A stretch of DNA of 64,000 bases, taken from NCBI RefSeq assembly GCF_000328665.1, contig NC_019977.1, positions 1-64,000 of the forward strand. The letters are read 5' to 3'. Position 1 is the first letter of the stretch; every line of letters starts with the position of its first letter. This document shows, piece by piece, positions 53,162 through 63,660 of this stretch. Origin of the DNA: Methanomethylovorans hollandica DSM 15978. Its GTDB lineage: Archaea; Halobacteriota; Methanosarcinia; Methanosarcinales; Methanosarcinaceae. The notes under the pieces were generated by a model, which was not told the DNA's origin, did no database searches, and saw only the letters and a program-made list of their open reading frames with translations. The translations under genes were made by a program, and so were the position numbers.

Positions 53162-53494
53162 ATGGATATTGCATATTCCGTTATTTCAATTATAATATTC
53201 GCCCTCCTCACTTTGCTGGCGATAGTACTCATGGTGTATGTATCTTCGGCAGTTGCCATACTTGCTCTTTTAATGGTGCCTCTCATATGCATTTTCATAA
53301 TGCCCGATACTGTACTGTCTTTCCTGGTTTTCAGGCACATAGTGCTTGCAGAAGGCAATGTGCCCATAAATAACTACCATTTGCTGCTGTTCGTCTGGTC
53401 AACCCTTATTGGTATGATAGTTTATTCGGAGATCTTCACCTGGTACCTGGGAAGGAGAGACATGAAGAAGGCAGCAGTAAAAACCTACAAATGA
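53162..53494 (+). CDS. Small membrane protein
   Basis: Three hydrophobic segments; GAGG SD. Confidence 0.7.
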   Translation: MDIAYSVISIIIFALLTLLAIVLMVYVSSAVAILALLMVPLICIFIMPDTVLSFLVFRHIVLAEGNVPINNYHLLLFVWSTLIGMIVYSEIFTWYLGRRDMKKAAVKTYK

Positions 53495-53599
53495 AAAGCC
53501 TGAAAAGAATATCACAGCTTCTGCCAGAGGCATTGTTACAAAGGCCGGTTCTTTGCTGCACAGGTAATACCAGGACATAGGATTTTACCTGGAAGGAGA

Positions 53600-53845
53600 T
53601 TAAAACAGAATCAGGCTGCTTAGCAATTCCAGCCATTCTTTTCTGGAGATCCTTACATCTTCCATCAGTTTCTTAACCATACCTTTACCAAGGTCCTGAC
53701 CACTGTGAATAGGGATGACAGTCGTTCTTCCATCGGGATGCTGCATAAAAAGATGGCTGCCTTTCTGGCGCACCTGTACAAATCCCAGTGATTCCAGGGC
53801 TTTAATCGCTTTTTTGGCAGGAACAGGCCGTATTTTCTCGGTCAT
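53600..53845 (-). CDS. hicA: HicA-family toxin (mRNA interferase)
   Basis: LESLGF.QVRQKGSH...TTVIPIH motif. Confidence 0.9.
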   Translation of the reverse strand: MTEKIRPVPAKKAIKALESLGFVQVRQKGSHLFMQHPDGRTTVIPIHSGQDLGKGMVKKLMEDVRISRKEWLELLSSLILF

Positions 53846-54072
53846 ACTCCAACTCTTACTTTCTGTATGCCTACAAAATCAAGGTGCTTTTCACGCTCTT
53901 TCTCAGAAGTTACTTCAAGATACAGTTCTATTGCCTCTTTGATACGCTGGCTGAGCTCGTCAAGCGTCCTGGCCTGTGTATGACAACCCGGTAGCTCCGG
54001 CACAGAAGCTACGTATATACCGTCCTCATCCTGCTCTATTACAACTGTGAATTCTTTCATGATCTTAGCCAT
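53842..54072 (-). CDS. hicB: HicB-family antitoxin (short form)
   Basis: YVASVPELPGCHTQARTLDEL; ATGA overlap with hicA. Confidence 0.9.
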   Translation of the reverse strand: MAKIMKEFTVVIEQDEDGIYVASVPELPGCHTQARTLDELSQRIKEAIELYLEVTSEKEREKHLDFVGIQKVRVGV

Positions 54073-54193
54073 TTTGTGTATAGAGAAAGATGGTATTCAG
54101 GATTAAAATAACTGACCGTTCAATGTATTTGTCAAAAAGAGTCATGGATTCATTTCAATAAAGTTATATTTCTTGAAACTGTCTATTAGTGGG

Positions 54194-55627
54194 ATGTCAC
54201 TGGAAGATCTTGGAAAACCTTTTGAAGGTCCATCATGGTCAAATCGTATATTTTTCTATTTTTGTCTCTTTAGTTTTCTACTTATAATATTCCTATTAGT
54301 ATTCATCGGCTTTGCAGCAATAAATCCTGATTTTGCAATCCCTAATAGACCTCACTATAACACCACTTAATTAAGAAACATGGGTTTCTTCGACAACGAG
54401 CGCTACCTTATCAGCGCCCTTGTACAAAGTCTTGCAGCAACCATCGCCCTCGTCATAACTCTAAGCCTCGTGGCAGTACAGCTTGCAGCCCAATCATATT
54501 CCACAAGAGTAATTGATGTTTACAAAAAAAACCCTGATATGTGGATCCTCCTCTGCATTTATATTGCTGTAATTTTCTACGGGCTTGGACTGCTGAAGGT
54601 AATAGATATTGGTGTTGCAGGCATCAACATGGAATTTGCTATTTTTTGGGTCTATTTCCTGGGATTCTTTGCTTTTATTTGTCTGGTTCCGTATATACTG
54701 AAGACATTGGATTTGCTGAAACCTTCAACTGTGATTAATTTGCTGGCAGAAGAGATTACAAAAGAAAACGTGCTGGCAGCTTTGAAAAATCATGAAGTTG
54801 TAGCTGAAATAGATCCCATTCAGCCTATCATCGATATAATAAATAGTGCTCTAGAGAAAAATGAATATGAAACAGTAAGAAATGTACTTAAAGCGATTAC
54901 AAACTCTACAGTGTCCATATTAGAAGAATCTCATTTTGAGTGGGGAGAGGAAGATGAGTTTTCAAGGTATATAGTAGATTCTATCAAAAATATTGCAATT
55001 TCGGCAATTCAAAAAGAAAACACAAATTCGACTTTGGCAGCAATCAAGAACCTTGAAATAATTGGAACTAAAGCAGTAGAAAATAATCACGAAAAAACTG
55101 CGGGATGGACTGCAAAAGTACTTGAGAAAATAGGAATTAATGTAGCAGAGACACAACTTGAAGAAGCGGTAAGGAGAACTGTCAAAGCACTCGAAAAAAT
55201 GGGATATGAAGCAGTTTGCAAAAAACTTACAAGATCAATATGGAGTGCTACTACAGCACTCGAAAAAATAGGAGATAAAGCAGTTGAGAATAAACTTAGA
55301 AAAACCGTAAGTGAAATTGCTTATTCACTTCAGAATATAGGAACTAAAGCAACAGAGAACAAATTTGAAGAAGCTATATGGAGAACTACAATTACTCTTG
55401 AAAATCTAGGAAAAGGAATAATAGAAAGTGAACTTGATGGGATTTATTTAGTAGTAGAAGCCATTGAAATTATAGGAACTAAAGCAGCCAAAAACAGATT
55501 TGAAATAGGAACTCTGCATTCAAAACAAATGCTAAATTCACTATTGGAAAAATCTAAAGAAAAAGGAAGGACTGAAATCTCGAATACAATAGAAGAATCC
55601 ATTCAATCTATTGATAAAATACCTTGA
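54194..55627 (+). pseudogene. DUF2254-like membrane protein with helical repeats, interrupted by an in-frame TAA
   Basis: ORFs 54173-54370 and 54380-55627 are in the same frame, separated by TAA (54368-70) and three sense codons. VQLAAQSYSTRV motif. The downstream ORF may still be expressed. Confidence 0.6.
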
Positions 55628-55950
55628 ACTCCACATCTAAACAACCTTCCAGCCTTTTTACCTCACCTCAGAAAATCATTATTATCAACATTCTAAGTTC
55701 AAAACACAGAAAAGTCAATACATCTTATGAGTTTGTCCCAGCAAGCCAAATAAATTGCCTATTATTTGGTCTGCTAAACCAAATAGGAAAAAATCCAATC
55801 TTTACTGATGATGAAAAAGATGAATTACAGGAAAATATTTGTAAAAGCCATCTGGAAATGGCTGCTGAGCTAAAGATAGCCGATATCACAAGATTGAATT
55901 TTTACCTAGCCCATATATAGTAAAAAAGCAAATAGAAAGTGGGATACCAG

Positions 55951-56175
55951 ATGATAAGCAAATTCACTGCATATATAGAGAAAGATGTGGAAACCGGCTG
56001 CTATGTTGCTATTGTCCCGGGAATTCCCGGAGCTCATACACAAGCTGAAACACTGGATGAATTGCAGGTTCGGTTAAAAGAAGTGATCGAGCTGTGCCTT
56101 GAAGAAATGAGCCCTGAAGATAAAGAATCGATCCCCGAGTTCGTAGGCCTTCAGCAAATTGAGGTTGCTGTATGA
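55951..56175 (+). CDS. hicB: HicB-family antitoxin (short form)
   Basis: YVAIVPGIPGAHTQAETLDEL; ATGA overlap with hicA. Confidence 0.9.
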   Translation: MISKFTAYIEKDVETGCYVAIVPGIPGAHTQAETLDELQVRLKEVIELCLEEMSPEDKESIPEFVGLQQIEVAV

Positions 56176-56405
56176 GCAGATTGCCATTGGTCGATGCCCG
56201 AACAATGGAAAAGATACTGTATAATCTTGGATTTGAAAAGGTCAGACAAAAAGGCAGTCATGCATTTTACAGGCATGCCGATGGTAGAACGACCACAATA
56301 CCCTTTCATTCAAGCAAAGAACTTGCAAGGCCTCTCATAAGAGTCATTCTGAATGAGATCAACCTCACTATTGAAGAATATGGCGAATTATTGAAGGATA
56401 TTTAG
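56172..56405 (+). CDS. hicA: HicA-family toxin
   Basis: LGFEKVRQKGSH...TTTIPFH. Confidence 0.9.
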   Translation: MSRLPLVDARTMEKILYNLGFEKVRQKGSHAFYRHADGRTTTIPFHSSKELARPLIRVILNEINLTIEEYGELLKDI

Positions 56406-56485
56406 CCTAGAGTGCTCCTGAACAATCTTAAATGTAGAATCTATGACACAATAATAAAATTCTTTTTCAACCTCTTTTGATACTT

Positions 56486-57184
56486 TTATTTCTCGCCCTC
56501 ATCCACGAACATCCGCGCCAGCAAGCCCAGATGGTCCTCGTGGAATGGGTCGAGCTCTTTGCGTTGCAGCACCTCGAACTCCACGCCAAAGTCGCTTTCC
56601 AGCTTTTTGACCTCGTCCTTGAATACCTTTTTTGGACTGGCTACAGTGTCGATGCTGCGGGATTTTATGGAAAGCATCAGATGTCCGTCCTCTTCTAAGA
56701 AGTGTTTGCAGTTAAGAGCAGCTATCTCAGCCTGGTTGGGCTGGGCTACGTCCTGGAAGATAACATCCACCTTTTCCACGATATGAGCATAGGAGCGGGG
56801 CTGATTAGCATCTGCAAGTATGGGGATGATGTTGGGGCGCTGGTCGCACAGTTTGATAAGATCGCGCATAGTGCGCGGAGAGAACTCTACAGCATACACC
56901 AGGCCATCAGTCAGGATATCCGAAACATGGCTTACGGTGGTGCCCGATGCAGCTCCCAGGTATAGTACGTGGGAATCATATTCGATGGGAATATCAAAAT
57001 TCTTGAGTACCATAGCGCCCAGCTTGCTTCTGTGAGGATCCCACTGGCGGTATTCCACCCCATCCACATCAATAAGCCTTTCACCATACACACTATGGGC
57101 AGGATAGAGGTTATGTGTGGCCAGTATCTTCCTGTCGTCCATGACCACTTCAAAGATACCGTCTGACAATTGTTCAATCATCAT
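56486..57184 (-). CDS. flpA: Fibrillarin-like rRNA/tRNA 2'-O-methyltransferase
   Basis: VYGE, RSKLGA, VLYLGAASGTTVSH, DVAQP. Confidence 0.96.
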   Translation of the reverse strand: MMIEQLSDGIFEVVMDDRKILATHNLYPAHSVYGERLIDVDGVEYRQWDPHRSKLGAMVLKNFDIPIEYDSHVLYLGAASGTTVSHVSDILTDGLVYAVEFSPRTMRDLIKLCDQRPNIIPILADANQPRSYAHIVEKVDVIFQDVAQPNQAEIAALNCKHFLEEDGHLMLSIKSRSIDTVASPKKVFKDEVKKLESDFGVEFEVLQRKELDPFHEDHLGLLARMFVDEGEK

Positions 57185-58281
57185 ACAGGTCTGCCTCCCG
57201 ATCTGTCACCTGTGCCTTTAGAGCCTTTTTTCATGCCACTTTTATTTTGACCCCGGTGCTTCTTGGCAGGCCTGCCGCCTGCTCTGCCCGGTCCCGGCTG
57301 TGTGAACTTTGTGGATTGCTTCTTAGGCGCCTCAGGATTAGCTTTCTTAATAGATTCAACTTTGCGCTCAAGTTTTTCCTTTATGGAAGGATCATGTTTC
57401 CCTCCATAAACATCCATGCGTACAGCCAGACTGATCTTCGCTGCCAGTGCCCTGGCGATCTTACCTCTCTGCCACCACGGTGAACCCTTGATGAGAGGAT
57501 GATTGAAGATCACACCATGCTTGGGAGAAGGAGCGCGTGACCTAAGGTGCTTGAACAGTGCATTGCTCGCGCCGATGACCTGCACGGTACTTGAAGGAAA
57601 TGCCGCAAGCTTATCCAGTCCTCCGGCCAAGCTGATAAGCCGTGCACCAAGAGGGGCACCAGCTATATTTGTAAGGTTGGGAGCCACTGCACCCATATTC
57701 GACATGATATACTGCTCCAGATGCTTGCGAGTGTCATATATTCCGCACAGACTGGCTGCAAAGTTGCGTAAAAGGTCCTCTTCCACCAGCGATAGTTCCG
57801 CACCCATGGAACTGCTGGCCTTTGCAAACATATCATGTCCCTCTGGCACATTTTCCCTGGAGCCAAACCTTAATACGAACCTAGCCATGGACTCTGCCGT
57901 AAGCTCCAGTTCCGGAAAATATGTGCCATACCACTCCGTAAGCCTTTCAGAGAGCTCATTGGCTGCTTTATCAATGTCATCCATGGCCTCAACTGCCTGG
58001 ATGATACGCTTGTCATCGGTATCTGTCATGGAGATCTGACGCTTTGCCGCTTTTATGGACACTTCCCGAAGCAACACATCATAATCTTCTTCAAGTTCAA
58101 CAAAACCACATTTCAGTGCCAATTCCCTCAGGTCCAGGCCATGTGAGGGCAAATCCTCGTTTCCCATGGAAAGCAGCATGTGTTCAGCCAGCTGTTCAAC
58201 ATCTTTCTCCAGCAGGCAGCATTCCTCAACTCCTCCATCTTCAGAAATTGCCAGCGTACCGAACCATGTAACTATCTTCAA
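57181..58281 (-). CDS. nop5: Box C/D sRNP protein Nop5 (Nop56/58)
   Basis: EWYG.YFPEL, APNL, STVQVIGA..ALF, PKHGVIF. Start set at the TTG after a GGGAGG SD. Confidence 0.93.
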   Translation of the reverse strand: MKIVTWFGTLAISEDGGVEECCLLEKDVEQLAEHMLLSMGNEDLPSHGLDLRELALKCGFVELEEDYDVLLREVSIKAAKRQISMTDTDDKRIIQAVEAMDDIDKAANELSERLTEWYGTYFPELELTAESMARFVLRFGSRENVPEGHDMFAKASSSMGAELSLVEEDLLRNFAASLCGIYDTRKHLEQYIMSNMGAVAPNLTNIAGAPLGARLISLAGGLDKLAAFPSSTVQVIGASNALFKHLRSRAPSPKHGVIFNHPLIKGSPWWQRGKIARALAAKISLAVRMDVYGGKHDPSIKEKLERKVESIKKANPEAPKKQSTKFTQPGPGRAGGRPAKKHRGQNKSGMKKGSKGTGDRSGGRPV

Positions 58282-58282
58282 A

Positions 58283-59251
58283 TCATTCCTCCCAAATAGA
58301 AGCACCAGTATTGTTGGCTCTGGTAATTATGACATTACCCCCGATGGTGCTGTCCAGGAAAGCCTGTGCATCTTCCTTTAGGTAAGCTGCATCCTCTGGA
58401 TTGTCAGTGAAAGCGTATACAACAGGTCCGAAAGAGCTCATGCCTGCACCATAAGCACCACTATCCTGCAAAAGCTCTATCAGGTCTCTGACAGCCTGAT
58501 GTTGTAAACGTATTTCCCTTTGCTTGAACCCCAGGGTCTGCAAACGGTTTGTCGCCTGCCCGAAACTCTCAATATCCTTTTCTATGATGGCAGGCATCAT
58601 TTTCATGAGCACTATGTGGGCTACGGCCTGCACCTCATGCAACGGAATAGGACACTCCTTTCTGAATATATCCACTTCCTGAGCATCATGAGCCCCTATG
58701 TGCATGTCCTCACCCGGCAAAGCCACCACTATTTCCCAATCCGGAAAATCTTCCCTGAAAAGCACTGGCCCCGGAGGTGTTTTACTTGCCGATGACGGAG
58801 AGAAGGAACCCTTCTCCGCGAACTTATGCCCACCATCAACTATGAACCCACCTTTTTCAAAGGAGGCGACCCCAATACCAGAAGTGCCGCCGCGCTCCAC
58901 AGCAATGGCCATCTCCCGCACACTCAGACCAAGGTCATACAGCCTGTTCACCGCAGCTGCAACAGAAAGTGCTGCCTGGGTCCCGGAACCGCAGCCCACA
59001 TGAGGAGACATGTCTTCTTCTATGGTCACCCTGACACCCTGACCCTCTGGAAGCAATACCCTGGCAGCTGCCTCCATGCGCGGGGAGAGTAAAGATTTAC
59101 CTATTATCTCAATTTCATCAGCAATCTCCGCTGAGATTGCTACGTGAGGATGATCAATAGATATCCCTACCCCACCGTCCACTCTTCCAAGTTCTGCATT
59201 CATATCTATAAGACCCATGTGGATTCTTGAAGGGGACTTTACTCTTATCAT
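58283..59251 (-). CDS. mptG: Beta-ribofuranosylaminobenzene 5'-phosphate synthase
   Basis: PSRIHMGL, HVGCGSGTQ, RGGTSGIG, GGFIVDGGH, SSFGP (GHMP fold). Confidence 0.9.
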   Translation of the reverse strand: MIRVKSPSRIHMGLIDMNAELGRVDGGVGISIDHPHVAISAEIADEIEIIGKSLLSPRMEAAARVLLPEGQGVRVTIEEDMSPHVGCGSGTQAALSVAAAVNRLYDLGLSVREMAIAVERGGTSGIGVASFEKGGFIVDGGHKFAEKGSFSPSSASKTPPGPVLFREDFPDWEIVVALPGEDMHIGAHDAQEVDIFRKECPIPLHEVQAVAHIVLMKMMPAIIEKDIESFGQATNRLQTLGFKQREIRLQHQAVRDLIELLQDSGAYGAGMSSFGPVVYAFTDNPEDAAYLKEDAQAFLDSTIGGNVIITRANNTGASIWEE

Positions 59252-59322
59252 TCAGGTCTTAATCATCACTGCATGTTATTAAACTTTAACACTTGGACCT
59301 CTGTACAGCCCATATAAAGTGT

Positions 59323-60018
59323 TCATCTATAGGTGCGCACCAATAACCAGCCTGTTCTGAGCACACCCCTATCAAGTGCAAACCTCAGGAATGTGGGAAT
59401 GAATTTGTAAATACGCATCCTCACATCAGCCATCAATTCCAGGTCCAGCACTTTATCATCGAACCTGGGTTCCAGAAAATAATAAAAATTCTGCCAATAC
59501 TGATGCAGTGACCCAAATACTCCAAAAAGGATACTGCACAACATTCCGGTATCTGCAGGGTCTGGAAGTCCAAAAGCAACATCACATCTGCCACATCTCA
59601 ATACCAGATTACGCATTGTGCCTTTGAAAAGCCTTAAGAGAGGGTTTTTGATATCATAATAGATCTTAATGAAATCCTTAGCCTTCAATTCTCTTTTGTT
59701 TTTTGTGCTTTTTGCTTCATTTGTGATATTTTCTTCAGGCTCCTTCCTCCCATGTCCTGCATTAACATGGCTGTAATTACCCATTTCTTCCTTCTCACCG
59801 TTTACTTTCTCTTTTTTTGAAACAGAACTTCCGGGCTCAGCAGGATAGAAAACTTTGGAATAGGACAGAAAGAGCCATTTGATCAATATCTTTCCGGAAA
59901 TATCCTGATCCTTTTTCTTCAGATCCACTATCAGGTCTATAGCACAGAAAAGAACAAGCAACACCAACAATAGGATTGCTAGAGCCACTACCTGTACAAT
60001 CTGTATTAAAGTAAACAT
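59323..60018 (-). CDS. DUF2953 (YtfI-like) membrane-anchored protein
   Basis: N-terminal TM, FGLPDPADTG motif, adjacent to a YtfJ-like gene. Confidence 0.75.
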   Translation of the reverse strand: MFTLIQIVQVVALAILLLVLLVLFCAIDLIVDLKKKDQDISGKILIKWLFLSYSKVFYPAEPGSSVSKKEKVNGEKEEMGNYSHVNAGHGRKEPEENITNEAKSTKNKRELKAKDFIKIYYDIKNPLLRLFKGTMRNLVLRCGRCDVAFGLPDPADTGMLCSILFGVFGSLHQYWQNFYYFLEPRFDDKVLDLELMADVRMRIYKFIPTFLRFALDRGVLRTGWLLVRTYR

Positions 60019-60099
60019 GATATGCCCGGATCAAATACGGAATGGAAAAGTATAGAGAAACTATAGACATATTAAGTATATCAATTGTCAAGTTCCTGC

Positions 60100-60522
60100 T
60101 TACTGTCCTTCAACCTCTATTTCAACAGATCCTACACTTTTATCAGCTGTATCAGTGTTATCGTTCACTTTGTCCTTTTTTCCCTTCATGGTCTTGATCT
60201 TATCTATAAGACCCGGAACTGATTCAAGAAGGACACCAATATCAGATTTTCCTGAAATAGACATCAAACGGGTTTCTTCCTTGGATATGACTATAAAAGC
60301 CACGGGCTCTATCTTTGCGCCTGCTGCACCACCACCGCCAAAACCTTCTTCGTTGTTCTTGCTTTTACCCTCTCCACCACCTGTTCCGAAACCAAAGGAT
60401 ACCTTGGTCACAGGAATGATGGTCGTATCACCGATTGTTACGGCATCTCCGACAACTGTCTTGGTACTCACAAGTCTTTCAAGTTCACTGGATACTTCTT
60501 TCATCAGGTCTTCAAGTCCCAT
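60100..60522 (-). CDS. YtfJ/GerW-family protein
   Basis: TVVGD...IIPVTKVSFGFGTGGG...GGGGAAGAKIEPVAF. Confidence 0.88.
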   Translation of the reverse strand: MGLEDLMKEVSSELERLVSTKTVVGDAVTIGDTTIIPVTKVSFGFGTGGGEGKSKNNEEGFGGGGAAGAKIEPVAFIVISKEETRLMSISGKSDIGVLLESVPGLIDKIKTMKGKKDKVNDNTDTADKSVGSVEIEVEGQ

Positions 60523-60601
60523 GATATCTACTCCCGTAATTTTCGATAACTACGCTTTATAGGTTTATGATTGACCCATATATAATTTGTCCTGATACCC
60601 A

Positions 60602-62779
60602 TTATGAATTATCCTGAAAGAAATTGATCAATGAGAACTTTACTTTTTCAGGCTGCACATCTACGAGCTCCTCTCTCTCATCCGGAGGAAATATCTCAAA
60701 AACAGCAAATTTCCCATATCTTTGACGGGATTCGCTAAGAAAACGTCCATCAAGTAATATCCTCACCCCATGATCCATAGGAGAACGCACGACCCTGCCC
60801 ATGGCCTGTCGTATCTTACGGATCGTAGGTATCTGCACAGCATAATCCCATCCAGCTCCGAACCCGTAAGAATGATCATAAGCTGACTCCACAGCATTCA
60901 TCCTGTCATTGAGAGCCGGATAACCGACACCTACGATTATAACCGTTCTGCCCCTGCCATCCCTGAAATCCACACCTTCGCTCAATGTACCCCAGAGATA
61001 TGAGAAAAGCACACCTTTTCCTCCCTTTTCTCCAAGTTCAAAGAAAGCTTCTCTCACTACATGGGAAGATACGCCTGCCTCATCCAGGAAAGTGGGCACA
61101 TTCAGATTGTCGCCAAGTTTTGAATAGTATTTTCTTGCTTCGGCTGCACTCTGGAAAAAGATAATTACATTACCTCTGGAATTCTCGATGGAATCTAGCA
61201 GTACCTGTTCCACGGCCTCCAAAGCATGCGGGTCGTCCCTGCTTCTTGCGAACAAAGGAGGAACATCTACAGCTATGGTGAGGCGTCTTTCAGGGGGGAA
61301 TGATGTCACATAGGAAAGCTCGCATGTTTCCCGCTTTATACCCAGGGTAGCCTTCACCATATCAAAGGGCCGAAGTGTGGCGGACATAAGAATGATAGAG
61401 AACACAGAAGCAAAAAGGGGCTCTGTTACATTGCTGGGAATACAGGTGAAAAGCTCCAGACGCCCGTAGATCTGATCGTTAGGGTCCCTGCGCACATTCA
61501 TAATGGGATAGTAGCGATAATCGTTGGACAGGACAAGATAAGAAGATAGAAAATCTGCAGCATATCGAATATGCGACCTTTTCAATATTTTGCTCAGGCC
61601 TTTCTTATATTGTTCCTTGTATTCCTCATCAAGCGTTTTTCCGAACTCACTTGCCTCAGAAAGCACAAGCTGCATGGCAGCCTCGTCCTTAAATCCCAAT
61701 TCCAGGGCCTGCCTCATAAATCTGCCCCTTACCATATCATTGCGCTCATAAGGATCACTGATGCGCATATCATACCAGATCCTGCCTACTCTTTCCCTTT
61801 CACCGAACTTGAACCTGTTGTTGTATGTTTCCCTTATGATTTCATTTAACATTTTGAACAAGTCAAATGCACGGCTTTCAGGCATTTGGTCCTGATTGGC
61901 TTCTATCTCTGCGATGGCTTTTTCAATGGTATGTTCAGTGATGGTCATGGATGAATGAGAGCGTGCTGCAGATTCCAGATTGTGTGCCTCATCAAAAATA
62001 ACTATAACATCCTGCGGCTCCTTGTCCAGCCAGGTAAGCAATGTTGCAAATATTTCAGCACTCAGTACATGGTGAAAATTACAGATTATGAGGTCAGCAT
62101 GTTTTAATTCCCTTTTAAGCAATTCGTAGCCACACATGCCTTTTTTTGTGGCATACTCGTTTATCTCCTCAGGGGTGCGTACATCAGCAAAAAGCCACTG
62201 CCTGAATACTTCACTTTCAAAACGCAACACCTCGTAGAGATCGTTACATGCCCTTTCCCTTACACCACGAGTCTTTTGTTCGGCTGCCTCTATTTCATTA
62301 AATAGAGCATCTCTTAAGGCTATAAGAGCTGGGTCCTTGGAACGTTTGTAGTTTTCTGAAGCTGACTTTAGCTCTTTTTTTTTAAGATCGAGTTCCTTTT
62401 CCAGCTCTATCAGTTCAAAAGTATTTTCCCTTTTGAGCCGGCACTCCTCGTAATCTACTTCATGGGGACACATGGCAGCCTTACCCTTTACTACTGCCAC
62501 CTTGACATCATTTCCCCGCTTTATCTCCTTAGCCTCGCTAATGAATTGCACCATCTGTTGATGCACATTAGTTGCAATTATCACAGTTTTTTCCAGCTGT
62601 TTGCCCACAAAGAGGGCAGGAGCAAGAGAACTGAGGGTCTTGCCAGTACCACATGCCCCCTCAAAAAGTATGATCTCCTTTCTTAGAAGCGCAGAATATA
62701 TCTTTTCCATAGCATCCTGTTGGTTAGGATAACAGTGTTCTTTGGGGAAATAGCGTAAGTATCCTCTCTGTCCGCTCAT
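60602..62779 (-). CDS. XPD/Rad3/DinG-family DNA helicase
   Basis: Q motif, GACGTGKT, Fe-S cysteines, FDEAHN, MSATL, SEGVDF, QAMGRVVR. Confidence 0.92.
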   Translation of the reverse strand: MSGQRGYLRYFPKEHCYPNQQDAMEKIYSALLRKEIILFEGACGTGKTLSSLAPALFVGKQLEKTVIIATNVHQQMVQFISEAKEIKRGNDVKVAVVKGKAAMCPHEVDYEECRLKRENTFELIELEKELDLKKKELKSASENYKRSKDPALIALRDALFNEIEAAEQKTRGVRERACNDLYEVLRFESEVFRQWLFADVRTPEEINEYATKKGMCGYELLKRELKHADLIICNFHHVLSAEIFATLLTWLDKEPQDVIVIFDEAHNLESAARSHSSMTITEHTIEKAIAEIEANQDQMPESRAFDLFKMLNEIIRETYNNRFKFGERERVGRIWYDMRISDPYERNDMVRGRFMRQALELGFKDEAAMQLVLSEASEFGKTLDEEYKEQYKKGLSKILKRSHIRYAADFLSSYLVLSNDYRYYPIMNVRRDPNDQIYGRLELFTCIPSNVTEPLFASVFSIILMSATLRPFDMVKATLGIKRETCELSYVTSFPPERRLTIAVDVPPLFARSRDDPHALEAVEQVLLDSIENSRGNVIIFFQSAAEARKYYSKLGDNLNVPTFLDEAGVSSHVVREAFFELGEKGGKGVLFSYLWGTLSEGVDFRDGRGRTVIIVGVGYPALNDRMNAVESAYDHSYGFGAGWDYAVQIPTIRKIRQAMGRVVRSPMDHGVRILLDGRFLSESRQRYGKFAVFEIFPPDEREELVDVQPEKVKFSLINFFQDNS

Positions 62780-62816
62780 CGCACTACCTTATACCTTTCT
62801 ATACTAATAATTTGGG

Positions 62817-63467
62817 TTAGCTCTTCTTTGCAGCCATAACATTTGTATTAAAGCTTGAGATCAGCCTGTTAGATGGACTTTCTATGATTTTCAAGATAAT
62901 TTCTGTTCCCTTCTTCAAGCCGAAGTTGTTTGACGTATTTGTGATACTTCCCACTTGCACACTTACTGTTGAATTATGACCCAGACCATCGTCACCATTA
63001 AGGACAATAACTTCTCCTGCGGACCAATAACCATCTTCTATACAGGAGTTCCTTTTGGCGTAATGTGTTTCTTTTCCTGCAGGACATAGATCAATGTATG
63101 TTACCTGCACATCTCCATTGATAATTCTTCCTCCATGTGCCACCACTCCGGTATAACTGCTGCCCTGCCCAACAATAACTATCTTTATGTTTTCAAGGGG
63201 TAGGGGATCCCCTCCCTTATGTGCCAGAGTTATGACATTTTCCTTGTATCTGATCTCATTGGGCACTCCGCCTTCTATTAATTCTAGTTCTACATCTGCT
63301 GTTAATCCCTTTTTCAAAGGGTTAGGTAGATCGGCAAGTGAAACAGCAGTGATTCCTATAAGCAACATTGTAATAGCCAGCATCAACAAAGTCCCTACAA
63401 CAGGACTTATTCCCTGGTCTGTGCACCGGACTTGCATAAAGTAGGGAAAAGGTCGTTTTTGGCCCAT
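62817..63467 (-). CDS. Archaeal type IV pilin-like protein
   Basis: DQG/ISPVVGTLLMLAIT class III signal, HKGGDPL, WSAGE. Start uncertain. Confidence 0.8.
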   Translation of the reverse strand: MGQKRPFPYFMQVRCTDQGISPVVGTLLMLAITMLLIGITAVSLADLPNPLKKGLTADVELELIEGGVPNEIRYKENVITLAHKGGDPLPLENIKIVIVGQGSSYTGVVAHGGRIINGDVQVTYIDLCPAGKETHYAKRNSCIEDGYWSAGEVIVLNGDDGLGHNSTVSVQVGSITNTSNNFGLKKGTEIILKIIESPSNRLISSFNTNVMAAKKS

Positions 63468-63610
63468 ACCTCGAATTACAGATGACTAAATATATAAATT
63501 ATTCTAAAATAATTAAACACTTGTAATAATTAAGCTTTTGACAGCAATCACATTAAAAATGATCAGAAAAGAAGTAGTGAGAGAACAGAGACTTCGTTTT
63601 ATACACGCAC

Positions 63611-63660
63611 ATATATATCTATATCTATAGATATGTATATATATATATATATATATGTAT
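63611..63660. repeat. (TA)n-rich tract
   Basis: 21 nt of perfectly alternating T/A at 63636-63656, within a longer TA-rich run. Confidence 0.85.

Noticed and set aside
55624..55920. 98-aa ORF between the DUF2254-like gene and hicB
   Set aside because: TTG start, no recognisable motif, composition like intergenic or remnant DNA.
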